Below are positions 1 through 11,036 of a stretch of DNA of 64,000 nt, piece after piece. Source of the stretch: Mobula hypostoma. Its lineage: Eukaryota. Made by a program: the position numbers and the translations under genes. The notes under the pieces were generated by a model. It searched no databases and was not told the DNA's origin. It saw nothing but the letters and a program-made list of their open reading frames with translations. Each line of letters begins with the position of its first letter. Position 1 is the stretch's first letter. The DNA lies in the NCBI RefSeq assembly GCF_963921235.1, contig NC_086108.1, positions 29,018,001 to 29,082,000 on the forward strand, given 5' to 3'.

Positions 1-169
1 AGCTCATTCTAATATAGAGGTGTCCATAAAGCAGGCATTCTAAACCTGGATTAAGTATGTTTTATGGAAATGTAATACAACACTGAAGAAGGTTATTCTC
101 CTCTCAATGCAGTAGTCCCATCAGACCTATTCCCTAAAAGGCTTCTGAATTGGCTGCAGTGATGCCAGG

Positions 170-372
170 CTGTACACTCACTTCCGTGCACTTCAGTTCT
201 GAATGCTATTTGCTTACTTTGGTTGTTTGCACAATTTTTTTCAGTTGTTTTTTCTCTGCACGTTGGGTCTTCTTTTGTTTTAGTGGGTCTTATCGGGGGT
301 TCTTTGTGGTTGCTGGTAAGGAGATAAATCTCAAGGATGTATAAAACTTAGAACGTTAGAACTTTGAACTCT
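170..372 (+). repeat. 3' end of an interspersed non-LTR retroelement family with a (TTGAAC/TTGAATC)-like tail
   Basis: T-rich body ending ...GTAAGGAGATAAATCTCAAGGATGTATA...ACTTTGAACT. Related copies at ~41790-42137, ~45870-46312 and ~46520-46700. Confidence 0.5.
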
Positions 373-454
373 TTCCTGATTTTTCTGGATCTGAACAACT
401 TGCTCTCTCTTTTACGCTTGTCAACTCCATTTTATTTGGCACTTACTTATTGCA

Positions 455-625
455 ATGGGCAGTGTGCAGGAACAATTAACCTACTAGATCACCATTGGAA
501 TGTGGAGGGAACTGGTGCACCCAGGGGAAACTCACACAGTCACAGGGAGAGTGTGCAAACCCCACACCAACAGTCAGATTCGAAGCATCAGCCTTAGAAT
601 TGTGAGGCAGTAACACTATCTGACA
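455..625 (-). mobile_element. HE1/V-SINE-like tRNA-derived SINE, degenerate
   Basis: CACAGGGAGAGTGTGCAAACCCCACAC and GGAGGGAACTGGTGCACCCAGGGGAAACTCACAC are reverse complements of the V-domain core seen in the copies at 3699 and 23705. Confidence 0.65.
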
Positions 626-2429
626 ATTTACTAATTGAGGGCTGGCGAGTAAGTGCAGGGAGATGTGCTTCAAGGTTTAATGTTGAAGGAAGTGATCTAT
701 GGGAAAGGCAAAACCTTTCTCAAATTATTTGTGACTAAGTTCAATCCTTCAGACTGGTTCCCTAAAGCTAATTACCCTCTTACTGACGATTCAGTCCTGC
801 TTTGGAGAAGATTGTCAAAACTTTCGGTCATCGATTGTTCAATGAGGAGTGAAAATGAAAAGTGGTGACACGGAATCAAATGCAGTTAATTTATTCATGT
901 AAGAACAATCTTGCTGCCTAAATCAGCATGTAAACAATATAAATCTGATTTTCTTTCAAAATATTCTTAAAAACTTGGCATGGTGATAAATGAAGTTTGA
1001 TACTCCACCTGCCAGTTGGACATCTCTCAATTAAACCAGCACAAGTTGAATTGATCATGGATTACCAAGCAAAACATAAACACATTAACTTCACCCAGAC
1101 TCGTGAGGTAAACATTTACTCTCTGCCTTCTCACTGCAAATAACCTTTGTAACCTTTAACCATCTCTCCTCATTAGCAATGCAGATAATAGTCCTGGATT
1201 GGCATGGCATTGGCAGTGCAGCTGGTGAGGCAGACAGAGGAATAACTCATGGGTGGGCATGAATGGTCCTTGGGAAGTTGGAGATAATTGAAGGAGTCCC
1301 CTCTCTTATCAGAGGTTGAGATACTGTTCTGAGAATGTAGCACACTGACAATGGATGTCTACACTGATTCAATGCAGCATAAGCAGTTTTTGTTTCAAAT
1401 GAATCAGGTGGATAATTAAAATGAGCAGCTTTTCTCTACCAGCTAAATCAAGGCAGATGTGAGTGAAGTTACAATCCTTATTTCTGTATTTTATCTCCAC
1501 TCGGTACTGTTGAGACTTTTGTCATGATCTGTTTTTTTTTACATCAGATGCTATTTAATGTGCATCAGTTTAATATCACTGAATGCTATTAGCCTGCTCG
1601 TTAAACAAAAACAATTTTCCATCAACGTTATTACTTTTACTTTAAGCCTCACCAATTCTGGAACTGATCCAAGCTCATCTTTGGCTAGCTGGGATCTTGG
1701 GTTGTTTTCATTATCATCTGTTCTGTCCCTCTGTGCAACTGCTGGTTTTGATTTTGCATTGCAAGCTTTATAACTCGAGCTGCCTGTTTAATTCCATTCT
1801 ACTCTGCTTCACATATCCTCCATTGCTCGGGGACTTGAACCTTTTTGATCTTTAGTCCTTACTGAGCTCAAGATCCACTCTCAGCCATTGGGCATTTACC
1901 TAGTTTTCAACCTTTAAAATATTCCTCTGTGTCAGAATTTCTTCCAGATTTGGAATGTGATATTTTTTCAGATTTGTAACACAGCATAAGCAGTTCAAGA
2001 ACCATAATCTACAGCAACATTGAAAGCTCCAGTAAGTTCGGATGAAGCAGCTTGGTTTAAAAATCATGCCCCGGCTGATATATTTCCTGTTCTGTAGGTC
2101 TAAACTTTGGTCATGACTGGAGACCTTGCTCATCACTGGAGGCTCCAGTTAAGGCTGGAAGTATCAGTCAGGGCTAGAGGATATATTCAGGACTGGGTGG
2201 GGCTGGAGCATTTGGGACTGGAGGCCTTGGTCAGGCCTGGAGGCCACAATCACAGGCAGAGACTGCATTTGGGGTTGGGGTTGGAAACCAAAATCAGGAC
2301 TGAAGAACTCTGTTAGGGCTGGTGCCACAATTCGAGATCAAGGCACAGGAGGGTTTGGAAATCTCATTTGCAGTTGGGGCAACAGTTAGAACTGGAAGCC
2401 TTGTTGAGACTAGAGCCATTTCATCTCTT

Positions 2430-2570
2430 CCCCCTCCCCTTTTTCACATCAACCTGTCTGTCCTCGGCCTTCTCCACTGTCAGGATGAAGTCAAATGCAA
2501 ACTGGAGAACCCATCAGGTAGGTTACAAACCAATAGTATGAAAGTTAAATTTTCCAATTTCAGGTTACCC
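2430..2570 (+). mobile_element. Penelope-like element relic (GIY-YIG C-terminus)
   Basis: Translates LSVLGLLHCQDEVKCKLE...RLQTNSMKVKFSNFR, matching the C-terminus of ORF 41330-41713 (MSIHGLLYCKDEATVRLEEQ...LQPDGMNIDFSNFR). Confidence 0.7.
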
Positions 2571-3698
2571 ACAAACACTTGTTGACTATTACTTCTATAA
2601 GAAATCAATTAACATGAAGAACAAAGAGACTTACAACCTAAAGTTTAGTACATCTTCATCTTTATTAGTAGTCAAGTTACTCAGGCATGCCATCATACTA
2701 TCACTTTTGAATAACTCCACATTTGATTCACTATTCCAACTTATCACTCATTATATCAAACATAAGACTCATGATTCAGGCTTAAGCAGCATCTCTGTGA
2801 GATAAACTGGCTCAGTTTATCCCAATGGGTGTTGTAATCTTCTCTGAATCCCAAACTCAGGATCTTGCTTCTGTGATGGTTGATCCAGAATTCTCACTAT
2901 GATGTCCTTGATGGTCCATCTTTCAATGGTTTCTGCTGATTTCCTGGAGGTGTGTAGATGTACCCCTGTTCAGTTCCCTTGTGACTGTAAGGTCATTCAT
3001 TCAAAAGTCTAATAAACATAACACATCTGTTCCATTGCTTATACTTCCACCCTTCATTTCCATTGTGGTCACAATTGGATAATTTGGCTGAGGTGGCCGT
3101 CTAGCTCCATTTCCTCTTTATACCAGACTAGAGGGATCATGTAAAGGTTACTTCTTTTACCAGAATTCACATTGTGTTGACTTATTGTAAAGATTTAGTT
3201 GCTAGCCAATTGCTACACATGACAAAATGGTCCTCTTTCAATCTTCATGCATGTTCTCTCACACCTCCTCTTCTTTCTAGCCTCACCCACCCTGACGCCC
3301 ATTACCCAGTTACTTTTCCCTCTCCCAGCTGATCCCATTTGTCCATCATCCCTCCCCTAACTGATTCTAAATCACTCTTCTTACTAATCAAATTCCAGAA
3401 TCTATGTCCCTTTGTTTTCCCTGTACTTTTTCAGATTCAGACTCATTTATCAGGTGTACAGTACATCAGAACACACACTGTAAATGCGTCCTTTACATCA
3501 ACCAACACACCCATGGATGTGCTGGGCAGCAGCCTGCAGATGCCTTTGTCTCTTCCTCTGCTGTCTGTGATTTTGAAGTCCAGAGGCTCTACAAAGATAA
3601 CATGGTGAGGCACCCGATACCTGGTTCAGATCTGTATGGAGTTCAGGCAGATCAATTTGTCCAATCTGCACTGTAGACCTTCCCAACAGGAAGCCCTA

Positions 3699-3990
3699 GG
3701 GGCAGCGTGGTAGCGTGCTGGTTAGCACAACGCTTTACAGTACAAGCAACCCGGGTGTGCCCCACCATGCTTTCACAGTTTGTACATTCTCCCTTTGACC
3801 ATGTGGGTTCATCCCAGGTGCTCCGGTTTCTTCCCACAGTCCAAAGCCGGACGGGTTGGTGAGCTAATTGATCATTGTACATTGTCCCGTAATTCGGCTA
3901 AATTGGGGAACTGCTGGGCAGCATGGCTCAAATGGCCAGAAGGGCTTATTCTGTGCTGTATCTCAATAAACAAACAAATAAATAAACAAT
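3699..3990 (+). mobile_element. HE1/V-SINE-like SINE
   Basis: tRNA-like head GGGGCAGCGTGGTAGCGTGCTGGTTAGCAC, core TGTGGGTTCATCCCAGGTGCTCCGGTTTCTTCCCACAGTCCAAAG, CR1-like tail with (AAAT/AAAC)n. Confidence 0.8.
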
Positions 3991-6399
3991 GAAATAAAAG
4001 TCCTAGCCATGGCATCAATCAGTTTAGAGCAGGTTTGCACTAATTCTCCAAGAGCCATGTTATCAGTGATAATTAGACAATTAGGAGGGTTCCTTTGGGG
4101 TTGGTTAATACCGGGAATATCAATCCATGGTGAAAAGCACTAAGGCTCATGGGAATAAAGTGTACTGGGAATTGAACTAGTTTGTTGTTGCCTGCAATGC
4201 TTCCTACCCCAGCTGATGGGTGATAGAAAAATTACAGAACGGCATTGATTATCTTGGGAACAGAGTTACCAACACTTCAGTAGCAATAATCTCTTCAGTA
4301 CTGCAACCCAGCCTTGGAGAAAAACAAGCCAGCTAATAAAGTCCATGTTCATTTTGACTGTGCTTATCATTATAAATATCCTTTACATTTAGAACAATAA
4401 CTGTTGGATTGGATAGGTGGGTTTGGGGATAAGCTGGAAGTTAGCAATCTTTAGAAGAATCATCAGATGTATGCCCAACTAAAGAAATAAGAAAGTTAGA
4501 ACTTTTTTTACAAATGAAATATTTTCTCAATACATAGAGAGTTGCATTAAGTAAGCTGGGAGAGATGATAACAATACATACAAGGTAACCATTCTTGACA
4601 AGTGGATTCAGAATCCACTCTCTCAAACACATAAAATATTTTGTTAAATATTTCCTGTCAGGAAATAGAACTCACCAGTGACTTGTTTCTTCCTGAAATT
4701 TAGAGGCATCAGCAGCACCTTTGACTCACGTCAAATTTAAATCTGATCTCAATCCAATTACTCCATGCAATCATCTCATTTCATTCACATAATCGCGTTC
4801 CAGGTTCTCTGGACTTTTGCGTCATGTTTTGCATCCACTCAGGCAATGCCAATCAATTAAAGTTAGAGGGTGCTGGGAAATGCAGAAATAACCAAAACCA
4901 TAGTTGTTTGTACAAGTTCATCTACACTAACTGGAACATAATTGCAGAAACTTTTAGGAATTCGTATTGGGAATGAGTAGAGGATCTCAAATAGCTGTGC
5001 TGCCTGTTCAGACTGAATGGCCTCTTGGTGATGTAAATTCCACACAATGCTCTCCTAAGTCATAAAGGATAATTTCCTGCACAGTTTTAAACTATGGAAA
5101 ATATATAGCTGACACAGCTGGTGTTCACAGAAGTCTTCTTTAAAAAAATAAAATTTTTATCAAATTTAATGAGAAAAGTGTACTTGCTGACTACTTTGCC
5201 GTGAGTTATTTTATCATCTGCTTGTGTCAGGGGGCTCCGTCTTAATGAGGCGAGGGTTCACATCAGTCTTTCTACGCTTACCACTTGCATTTTCTGCACT
5301 GAAAGTTGATGTTCTGTGCCTTGAGTGATTAATCACTGTAAAAGTCACTTCTGGGCCATGGGCTTCAGATACCTGATCTTAATCTTCTGGTTCTGACAAG
5401 TGCTGCTTTCCACATTGACCCAAACAAGGTTATCCCACATCCAACCAATTTTTCATAGGGTTATATTGAAAAGACAGACTAAAATAATGTGAGCAAAGAC
5501 CCTGTGTAATCTTCTTTTCATGCAGTGTGTAGACAACCTGATTATATAATGTATGCACAGCTTCTCATGAAGATCTCCCTCAGGGGCAGGTATGGAGTGC
5601 TGTTAATGGGAAGTTAGTTGAGATATTAAATTAACTTTTATGATGTGTACACACCCCCAGTGGAAGTGTCCAACACTGACATTTTTATAATACTGGGATT
5701 GCAGGATTCCCCCCATCAACCCACATTTTTACCACTTCCAACATCACTACCAGTCATGGAATTGGGACTTTGACCTTAATGCACAAAAATGTGCCTTTAA
5801 GCAGTTTTAGGATTATAGACTGTCCAGCAATCCCATAACTATGATGAGCACCACGGTTAAAGAGAGACTGACCAATACTTTTACCATGTTACACACTGCC
5901 ATTTTATTGCCCATATTAAAATCTCTGCCCCCTTGCACACCATAGCACAAAATACAAACCAGCGGACAATTTACTGAAATTGAATCTAATGAGGATTCAC
6001 TTACAGTATTGTTACATTTATGGAATTGCATAATTAATTGTTCTTAATGCTCCTACAATAATCCAAATTTGAACTCTCCTGTTTGAAACCCATTTCCTTT
6101 ACCTTTTATATATTAGCACAGAATCTGCTGGCTTCAGTACCTTGGAAAGCCTTAATAACAAGTTAATATTCTGTTCTGTTCCTTCATTACATTCAGCCAA
6201 TTTTTTTTCATTCAATCTAGTGCCCGTTTTATTCCCTGTTCCACAATCTGCACTGCATCATGTGACATTCTTCTGATAGAGTATTGCTGTTTGAATAAAA
6301 GGCGTTATCATGTTCCCCAGTCTGTTTAAATTGAGACAATTGAGTAATTGATCTATTAAAATGAGATTACTACAAGTGATCTTAATTCACTGTCTGAAG

Positions 6400-6990
6400 T
6401 CATATTCCAAGGCTTTGGATCGTCAATGCACAGACATTATACGCAAATCTCAACAGTGGCAGGGATCAGTGTGTGAATGCTAAGGAAAAGGCTAAAGAAT
6501 TTGCAACCACAATCAGCCAGCCATGCCAAGCGGGTGATTTACCTTGGCTTCTTCCTGAGATCCCCAGATAAGCCAGTTTTCAGTCATTCAGTTCACCACA
6601 TAAAGTCAAGAAAAGGATGGGATTACTGAACATTGCAGTGACTATGGGACACTATCCCAGCTACAATACTGAGAACTGCTTTCCAAACACAGCCAAGCCT
6701 CCAACCATACAATTCTCATGTAGTTACCACACTGCCATCCACCCAACAATGTCGAAAATTGACCAGGTATGTCTTTTGAACAGAAAGAAGGAGATATCCA
6801 AATTGGCTAAATGCCACTCAGTCTATCTACTCTCACTTATCTGCAAAGTGATTGAACGTGTTGTTCACAGAGCAACAAAGTCACCTTTATTCTTCCATAA
6901 CCTGTTCGCTGATGTTCAATTTGGGATAATGCCAGGACTACTTATCTCCAGACCTCATCGTAACCATGGTCCAAAAGTGGAAAGAGAAAA
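6400..6990 (+). mobile_element. ancient CR1-group LINE RT relic
   Basis: ORF 6617-6997 contains SKIDQVCLL..KK..SKLAKCHSVYLLSLICKVIE...LFADVQFG, a decayed 'WK.A.V.P..KK....NYRPISLL..SK..E...QFGF' RT-entry motif. Same family at 38030-40030. Confidence 0.65.
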
Positions 6991-7009
6991 AAAGTGAGTT
7001 GGTATGACA

Positions 7010-7642
7010 GATTCGGATTATGAAGACATGTAGTCTTCTTTTATTGTCATTTAGTAATGCGTGCATTAAGAAATGATATATTATTTCCTCCGGTGTGATA
7101 TCACAAAACACAGGACAGACCAAGACTGAAAAAACTGACAAAACCACATAATTATAACATATAGTTACAACAGTGCAACAATACCATAACTTGATGAAGA
7201 AGTCCATGAGCACAGTAAAGTTCAAAGTTTCTCAAATGTCCCACATCTCACGCAGTCGGGAGAGGGAAGAAAAACTCTCCCTGCCATGCCGACCACAATC
7301 CGACTCTGAGTCATCCAAAAACTTTGAGCTCTGATCAGCTCTCTGACACTGAGTACTGAGCGCCATCTCTGTCTGAACGATTTGACCTCCTTCTCGGTTG
7401 CCAAAAGCAGGCAAGGCCAGGGATTTTGAGGCCTACCCTCCGAAAGATTCCCGACCGCGCAGTAATGACAGCCGCGAACGGGCGTTTCAGAAATTTCTCC
7501 AGATGTTCCTCTATGTTTTTATGTCCATTCTCCATCAAATCAGAATTGTCCACGGCCCCTATTTAACAGATACAATATCATTTTTCACTGGAGGGCTGCG
7601 CACACGCAGGTGCGTTGCCATCTTCTCCTCCGCCTTTCATTG
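7010..7642 (-). mobile_element. ~630-bp non-autonomous non-LTR retroelement
   Basis: Homologous end to end with 54163-54838. Minus-strand 5' end GGAGGAGAAGATGGC; 3' end GACAATAAAA...CATAATC. Possible ATGACA TSD (7004-7009/7643-7648). Confidence 0.75.
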
Positions 7643-7904
7643 ATGACATTACATGGTTGAATTCAGTTTTGAGATCCAAAAGCTATAGCATGCTAGTCAG
7701 AAAGTGAGAAGCTGTTTCTTAAATGGATGTTAGGCTTTGTTGGAACATTAGAAGAGGCCATTGGTTGGAATAGGAAATCAATGATATATACCCTTAAGAC
7801 ACAAATTCTGTTGATGTTTGGTATCCTGGAGATACTATGCTCCCCACAGCTTCTTGCTTCACTCTTTCATCTCCATCCACATTCACTCCCATACCCATGT
7901 TATT

Positions 7905-8050
7905 CAGAACATAATATTAAGACAAAATTAGGCCATTCAGCCCATTGAGTCTGCTCTGCAATTCAATCAACGCTGACTTATTATCCCTCAGTCCAGTTCT
8001 CCTGCCTTCTCCTCATAACCTTTGACACCCTGACTAATCAAGTAACTTTC
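7905..8050 (-). mobile_element. CR1 LINE 3' tail fragment
   Basis: AATTAGGCCATTCAGCCCATTGAGTCTGCTC...CCTTCTCCTCATAACCTTTGAC is the reverse complement of the CR1 3'UTR at 22190-22329. Confidence 0.75.
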
Positions 8051-8224
8051 ATCCTCCACCGTCCACAGAGACTGTGCCTTTTGGATCACAGACGCTGTGC
8101 TCCACTGGAAGCAGAATGTCGGTGGTGGAGTTGGTGGTGTCCTCCAGTGTTTGCTCAGCGGAAGACAAGATATATTGTGTTTGACTGCAGATTACTACTG
8201 CAACATTGCTGCTAATGATGTGGT

Positions 8225-8400
8225 CTTCCCTACAATGGAGAAACCGAAAGCCCATTGGGTGATAGCATTGAGGAACCCTTGCAGTCAGTCCATAAGGATG
8301 ACCTTGATCTTCTAGTTGCCTGGAATTTAAATCTTCACCACATTCCTAAATTGGATACCTCCAACAGTCTCTTAAACTTCAGTTTTCCAGTAGCTGTAGT
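8225..8400 (+). mobile_element. old Penelope-like GIY-YIG relic
   Basis: GAGAAACCGAAAGCCCATTGGGTGATAGCATTGAGGAACCCTTGCAGTCAGTCC...CTAGTTGCC resembles 'GET.RRLGDRF.EHL.SV...L.VA' of ORF 41330-41713. Confidence 0.5.
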
Positions 8401-8917
8401 AGACTGGTTGTTACTGTTCTTACCTCCTCTCTTTCTCTATTTCACCTCTATAAGGAATAAATTCAATGGGAATCTTGCTCAGCATGGACTAGTTAAATGG
8501 AAGGGTCTATCTCTGTGCTGCAAGACTCTAAACCTGCTCCAGGCAGATTGGCTGTGATCAGCCAGCAGCATCACCACTGTCAATCGTCCTTGGTCTCCAT
8601 CCTATTACAGAGCGTTCCTTTTGTTCTCCCCATCTCTTCCACTTCTCCTTAATTTAACACAGTCATTTCCTATATTTTTTGCCTGGTTCCCATAAAAATC
8701 TGGAGGGTTTCTCTCACTGACCCACTGGTTATTTGTAGCATTTATTTCAGATTTCAATATTTTCATTTCATTTATCTCTGCCATCAGATGCATTGTTTCA
8801 CCTGCAGGTTTTCCACCAAGTCATACACCATCCTGATTTTGACATGTATCATCAGTCTTCCAATCTTCCTTGTTCCAAATCCTAAAACTCCCTCCCCGAA
8901 AGTACCAAAAAAGCATG

Positions 8918-9146
8918 TGTGGTAAACCATATATATATGTTGTAACTGGTTAACTGCCTGGACACGCCCCTCTGCTGACTGCCCCTGTGGCTCCTCCCAC
9001 AGATCCCTGAATAAAGGCGTTTTCGCCCTGCTCCTCCGCCTCAGACCAAGGGCAGACACTCAGCATGGAGGTCACGTCTTACTGCGAATAAATGCCTTTC
9101 AGTATTTATCTTACTTCAGTCTTTTGGAATTATTAAAGGAGCTTCA
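8918..9146 (+). mobile_element. solo LTR (Gypsy-type, ~229 bp)
   Basis: TGTGGTAAACC...GCTTCA termini and internal AATAAA. Same family as the minus-strand solo LTR at 52679-52907. Degenerate TSD GCATG/TCACG. Confidence 0.85.
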
Positions 9147-9203
9147 TCACGTTCACCATCATTATTCACAACAGTTGGTCCAAACAGCTAACTCATTCCC
9201 AAT

Positions 9204-9940
9204 AACGAGACCTGGGTGTCATTATACACCAGTCATTGAAAGTGGGCATGCAGGTACAGCAGGCGGTGAAAAAGGCGAATGGTATGCTGGCATTCATAGC
9301 AAAAGGATTCGAGTACAGGAGCAGGGAGGTACTACTGCTGTTGTACAAGGCCTTGGTGAGACCACACCTGGAGTATTGTGTGCAGTTTTGGTCCCCTAAT
9401 CTGAGGAAAGACATCCTTGCCATAGAGGGAGTACAAAGAAGGTTCACCAGATTGATTCCTGGGATGGCAGGACTTTCATATGAGGAAAGACTGGATGAAC
9501 TGGGCTTGTACTTGTTGGAATTTAGAAGATTGAGGGGGGATCTTATTGAAATGTATAAAATCCTAAAGGGATTAGACAGGCTAGATGCAGGAAGATTGTT
9601 CCTGATGTTGGGCAAGTCCAGAACAAGGGGTCACAGTTTGAGGATAAAGTGGAAGCCTTTTAGGACCGAGATTAGGAAAAACTTCTTCACACAGAGAGTG
9701 GTGAATCTGTGGAATTCTTTACCACAGGAAACAGTTGAGGCCAGTTCACTGGCTATATTTAAGAGGGAGTTAGATATGGCCCTTGTGGCTAAAGGGATCA
9801 GGGGGTATGGGGGGAAGGCTGGTACAGGGTTCTGAGTTGGATGATCAGCCATGATCATACCGAATGGGGGTGCAGGCTCGAAGGGCCGAATGGCCTACTC
9901 CTGCACCTATTTTCTATGTCTATGTCTATGTTTCTATATC
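9204..9940 (+). mobile_element. 5'-truncated CR1 LINE (RT C-terminus + 3'UTR)
   Basis: ORF 9236-9835 with LYKALVRPHLEYCVQFWSP...RLRGDLIE...FFTQRVVNLWNSLP; (TCTATG)n tail. Confidence 0.95.
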
Positions 9941-11036
9941 TCCAGAACAATTATGGATGGTCAATAATTGCTAGTTTAGCCAGCAACACCCTGAAACAAA
10001 TAATAATAAATAAAGAATCAAAAGTAAAAGTCCTCTTCTGAATTCCAGAAACATTCTTGACTAATTTCCTTAATATTTGTTTGAAACAACAGTTGAAGTG
10101 ATAATAATTTTCAAGACTAATTTGTAAAAGCAGTCCAACCCTTTCCATAGTAATCCCAAGCACTTTCTGCAATTACCTGATCTTAATCTTTGCTAGCTTT
10201 TTCAAAGTAATACAGATGAAGGATGAAAGCCTGTGGCCTAATTTGATGTAATGCTCTATTTCCCCAGAGTTCAGTGTAAGGACTGAGCTCTTTTGCCTTC
10301 CAGTGTACCTCTTTTCCAATGATGTCATGATGGTAGAACACTGCACATTGAGCAGTTCCAGAGTTTCCCTTCAGCTTAATTGGAAATGTGATTGACCCTT
10401 AATCGAAATGACCCTGCCAACCATTCTGTTCATAGACAATTAGGGATGGGTGGTAAATGCTGTTCTTATCACTGATGCTATCTGCTGTAAATGTATATAA
10501 AAAATAGCGAAATGGAAAACAAAAATTATGGGAAGTGGTCATCGATGGGAAGACCAGTATTTATTGCCCATCCTTGTTGCCCTCAGAAGAAGGTGGGAAT
10601 TCTTTTGAAAAATCTAGTAATGTTTGAATAGATTCGGTGTGAAACACAATGATGTGTTGGTGAGAATCTCATAAAGTAGGACAGGAAAGGGTAGCAGCTG
10701 CTTTTTCCAAAAGACTATTTTGAAAGCCAGTCAGATCTTGATGATAATCTGACGAAGTGCCCTGTTTAGCAGTAGAAACTCAAGAGCTCTGGTCATAAGG
10801 TAATCCCAGGCTATCTCAGCAAATGATGTGTGCGTGCTTATTGTGCAGGCCTTTGTTTTGGCACTACTTGCTGAAATATGATGTTGATTTTAACTTCCAG
10901 CAGGTCACAAGGCTTCTGAAGAAAGAGAAATAGAGTTAACATTTTAGGTCAAAGATCCTTTTTCAGAAGAAAGAATCTTTTGGCAAAGAGTTTTGATGTG
11001 AAACATTGTTTCTTTTTCTGCAGATACTGTCTGACC

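Noticed and set aside
2590..3190. Possible old LTR
   Set aside because: I could not define TG...CA termini, a TSD or a second copy.
3699..3770. tRNA gene (also 23705-23775, 33300-33370)
   Set aside because: SINE heads: no complete cloverleaf, and followed directly by SINE bodies.
10430..10600. Inverted repeat TTAGGGATGGG...AAATGCTG / CAGTATTTATTGCCCATCC as a structured RNA
   Set aside because: Better explained by two tail-to-tail copies of the ancient LINE/SINE 3' end also seen at 39960-40020.
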